DNA of 57,732 nucleotides from a virus (Duplodnaviria; Caudoviricetes): IMG/VR virus record IMGVR_UViG_3300049793_000038, positions 1 to 57,732 of that record; one strand, 5' to 3'. Shown piece by piece: positions 54,906 to 57,732 of this stretch (position 1 is its first letter; each line of letters starts with the position of its first letter). The notes under the pieces were generated by a model. It saw only the letters and a program-made list of their open reading frames with translations, ran no database searches and was not told where the DNA came from. The position numbers and the translations under genes were made by a program.

Positions 54906-56321
54906 TCATAGTATTCTTACATTACTTTTGGATCTTCTGGATAATGCTCTTGCTAGATACTGTGTCATGGCATCGACCATATCATCATGTTTTGTATAAC
55001 CAAACTCACAGACTTCTTTCATGAAATCAAGTTTCCAATAAGCTTCCTCATTTATATAAATCTTACCAGATTCAAATAGGCCAGATGTTAATTGGAGACG
55101 TTCGTCTTTTTTAAGTGGCATATCACGTCCTGGAATTACAGGAATAACTGGAATTCTCGATGATCGTTTAAAGTCTTGAACAAGCTGACTTCCACTTGAT
55201 TTATCTTCAATAATTATCTCATGCGCCGGATTAGAATCACAAAATGCAGTCAGTACCTTCTTTAAATCAGGATACTCTAATTTCTTATGCACCATATCCA
55301 CTAAGTAGTACCCGTTCTCACATTCAGCCCAAAGTTGTATAACTGAGTAGTCATTGTTTTGACCAGTCTTAATGGCTGTGTCACAACTGATACTCCACTT
55401 CTTAACTTCAGGAAGCTCTGTATACGTCTTAATCCATTCATAATGAATAATAGCGCCAGCTGCCGATACAGGGTGCTGTTGTAGTTGACTAGCATAGAAG
55501 TGATTACCATTCTGTAATCTTACTTGCTCAATGTAATCAGTACTGAAGTATTCTTCAAATATAGACTCACCTGGTTCTATGCGGGGATCAACCCAACCTA
55601 GTGCAGTCTTGGATCTATGGTCACCTTCAAAGACAGCTGGAATAATTAATCGATCCCATTTAGGATTCTTTAAGTATCTACCGCTTGTATCTTCATTGTG
55701 AAGTCTTTGCATAACAATAATAACCCGTCCCTTACCTGGAGGAGTAAGACGAGTCATGAAATCATTCTCAATGCTACGTGTGACAGCTTCTCTTTCAAGT
55801 GTTGAAGATGCCGACTCAGATGTCATTGGGTCATCAATGATAAGTGTGTTAGCGGTTACACCAGTAACCTTTGAACCCACAGAATAACTGTAACGCACCC
55901 CCTGGTAGTTATTGATACTAGCATTTTCTGTATCTTTAACGAGACTAAAATCACCATTAGGAAAGAAAGCTTTATACCAGTCTGAGGTAACAATTTGTCT
56001 TGCTTTCTGTGCATTTATAATAACCAATCTGTGTGTATGAGAGGTGCATAAATATTTATGTGCTGGGTCACTTAACCAAGTCCATGTTGGGAAGAGTACA
56101 GAAACCAGTATAGATTTACCAAGACGATACGGGATATTTATTATTAAGTTTTTAGTTTTACCTTCATGAACCGCTTGTAGGTGATCACAGATAGCATCTA
56201 AGTGCCAATTAGGAATCAACTTGGTCTCTGGTTCAAGTAAGGGCCAGGCTTGTCGTACATACTCACGAAAGCTTCTTCTAGCAAATTCTTGATTAAGCTG
56301 TTCTAGTGAAGGTAATTCCAT
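54906..56321 (-). CDS. terL: Terminase large subunit
   Basis: NWHLDAIC, INIPYRLGKS, LIIDDP, VMQRLH, SCDTA, IEDKSSG, HDDMVDAMTQ. Confidence 0.95.
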   Translation of the reverse strand: MELPSLEQLNQEFARRSFREYVRQAWPLLEPETKLIPNWHLDAICDHLQAVHEGKTKNLIINIPYRLGKSILVSVLFPTWTWLSDPAHKYLCTSHTHRLVIINAQKARQIVTSDWYKAFFPNGDFSLVKDTENASINNYQGVRYSYSVGSKVTGVTANTLIIDDPMTSESASSTLEREAVTRSIENDFMTRLTPPGKGRVIIVMQRLHNEDTSGRYLKNPKWDRLIIPAVFEGDHRSKTALGWVDPRIEPGESIFEEYFSTDYIEQVRLQNGNHFYASQLQQHPVSAAGAIIHYEWIKTYTELPEVKKWSISCDTAIKTGQNNDYSVIQLWAECENGYYLVDMVHKKLEYPDLKKVLTAFCDSNPAHEIIIEDKSSGSQLVQDFKRSSRIPVIPVIPGRDMPLKKDERLQLTSGLFESGKIYINEEAYWKLDFMKEVCEFGYTKHDDMVDAMTQYLARALSRRSKSNVRIL

Positions 56322-56391
56322 GTAAACCTTTGTTATTTATTATTGTATTGGTTCTAGTACAAGGTAAACTGGCTGTGTTCTTGGTTATTTT

Positions 56392-56892
56392 TCAAGGTAC
56401 AACTTTGCGAGCTCGTCGTGCTTTCTTCAAGTTATCTCCTGGACTCAACCATTGACAATTACCTGGTTCGTAGTTCCCGTACGGGTCTATACGATCTATG
56501 TGCCAACCTTTTACAGGTTTAGGACCCATATCTTCTAAAAAATTCTCAAAGCTTTTTAACCATCTGTCACAAACTTTAATACCCTTAGCGCCATAGGCCA
56601 TGTAATCGGGACAGTTTTTATTTACACACCGCTTCAACATGGCATGATAAGATGAGTATGTGTAGTCGCGACAACTTCGTGTAGCTCTGCCGTGTGTTAT
56701 TCTATTAGCAATCCTAAAACAGCCGCAAGACACGGTAGTTCCACTTATAAGATTACCACCTTGAATAATTTTTTCTATACCACATACACACCTACATAAA
56801 TGGCACCACTGTTTACCACGTTTCTCAATATATGGGTCTACTATAGTTAAATAGTTATATAGCTTACCGACAGTCATTGTGCGTGCTTGCAT
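56392..56892 (-). CDS. HNH homing endonuclease-like protein between terS and terL
   Basis: SCGC, AMLKRC, YGAKGIKVCDRW, IDRIDPYGNYEPGNCQW. Confidence 0.88.
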   Translation of the reverse strand: MQARTMTVGKLYNYLTIVDPYIEKRGKQWCHLCRCVCGIEKIIQGGNLISGTTVSCGCFRIANRITHGRATRSCRDYTYSSYHAMLKRCVNKNCPDYMAYGAKGIKVCDRWLKSFENFLEDMGPKPVKGWHIDRIDPYGNYEPGNCQWLSPGDNLKKARRARKVVP

Positions 56893-56894
56893 GT

Positions 56895-57365
56895 CTACCT
56901 CTCGGAAATAATTTCAAGTTCCTCTATATCTTCTGGTGATGGTAGTGCTTTAGCCTTACTCATTGTCATTCTCAACATCTCAAGTTCTTCAGAAGATAAT
57001 TGAGATAAATCAAACTGTGGGCCCGTAGAAACTTCAGCCATTACTGCTAATTTATCAGTAACCTTACCTTCAACACGATCCCAGATCATTGATATAGCAG
57101 CTAAGTTTCCTTCAAGACCTCGTTTAACTAACTGCAAAGCAATAGCTTGTGCTGCTGTCATCTTGTAGGTTTCACGTGTAATAGGATCTTTAAGGTCGAA
57201 TTCTGAGTCTAACAACTTCCGAAGCAGAGTTCTAAGCTGCATTCCAGTTTTAGTTCCCTTTTTCTTATGAGGAATGGCATCAAGATTATCCTTTGACCAC
57301 ATGTTTTCACGTAATGCTGGAGGGAGTCTGGAGCTCTTATCATCCGAAGAAGGTGAATCAGTCAT
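56895..57365 (-). CDS. Probable terminase small subunit
   Basis: First gene of the - arm, upstream of terL; GNLAAISMIWDRVEGK, DLSQLSSEEL. Confidence 0.7.
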   Translation of the reverse strand: MTDSPSSDDKSSRLPPALRENMWSKDNLDAIPHKKKGTKTGMQLRTLLRKLLDSEFDLKDPITRETYKMTAAQAIALQLVKRGLEGNLAAISMIWDRVEGKVTDKLAVMAEVSTGPQFDLSQLSSEELEMLRMTMSKAKALPSPEDIEELEIISER

Positions 57366-57535
57366 TATGAACCTCTTATTATTTAATTTGTCTCTTCATT
57401 AGTAAAACCGGTAGTTCGAACTCATTTGGCGGTTGGCCGTTAAAATAAATATTTACCGACAAAGAAAGTACCAGTTTAGCTGCTAGGCCCGAAACGAGCT
57501 AAACCGCTAGGCTGCTATCTGTAGCGTACCCCCTA

Positions 57536-57553
57536 TATAGATATATATCTATA
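57536..57553. repeat. Perfect 18-bp palindrome next to the tandem array
   Basis: TATAGATATATATCTATA. Confidence 0.6.
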
Positions 57554-57579
57554 CTCTTAACATATTAACTGTTTAGAAT

Positions 57580-57732
57580 GTTTAATATCAATATCTATTT
57601 CTATAGTTTAATATCAATATCTATTTCTATAGTTTAATATCAATATCTATTTCTATAGTTTAATATCAATATCTATTTCTATAGTTTAATATCAATATCT
57701 ATTTCTATAGTTTAATATCAATATCTATTTCT
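57580..57732. repeat. 26-bp tandem repeat array (right end)
   Basis: Five full copies plus 23 bp of the same unit as 1-140, in the same orientation. Confidence 0.98.

Noticed and set aside
487-57365. Alternative genetic code or stop-codon recoding
   Set aside because: Core genes are full length and tightly packed under the standard code, and all three stop codons are used
57474-57504. Hammerhead ribozyme (CGAAAC inside a hairpin)
   Set aside because: No CTGATGA core or three-stem junction on either strand

Overview
This window looks like a complete or nearly complete, circularly permuted ~57.7 kb tailed-phage (myovirus-type) genome. Both ends stop inside the same 26-bp AT-rich tandem array, and two gene arms diverge from that array and converge at a hairpin near 23.1 kb. 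The + arm (0.5-23 kb) carries peptide deformylase, two tandem ClpP-family proteases and a T7-like replication block (endonuclease I, YqaJ exonuclease, SSB, Pol A with Leu at the 762 position, primase-helicase). It also carries nucleotide genes (DUF5664-type dNTP pyrophosphohydrolase, class II RNR, dUTPase), PhoH, patatin, an AdoMetDC-like enzyme, an SbmA/BacA-like transporter and many small hypothetical genes. The - arm (57.4 to 23.1 kb) carries terminase, an HK97-type head and a Mu-like contractile tail and baseplate, including a GH24 lysozyme that is duplicated as the C-terminal domain of the tape measure protein. No integrase, RNA polymerase or CRISPR array was seen. The most unusual observations are: (1) an antisense operon with its own promoter, encoding about ten consecutive hydrophobic micropeptides or small membrane proteins, inserted in the baseplate module next to an M48 lipoprotein peptidase; (2) a tRNA-like RNA with a ~60-nt structured D-loop insertion and a 10-nt anticodon loop, followed by a second degenerate cloverleaf; (3) a cytoplasmic plus a signal-bearing ClpP pair beside def; (4) a family of dispersed ~110-bp semi-palindromic elements; (5) a -1 frameshift tail chaperone. 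All calls come from motif recognition by eye; no searches were run.
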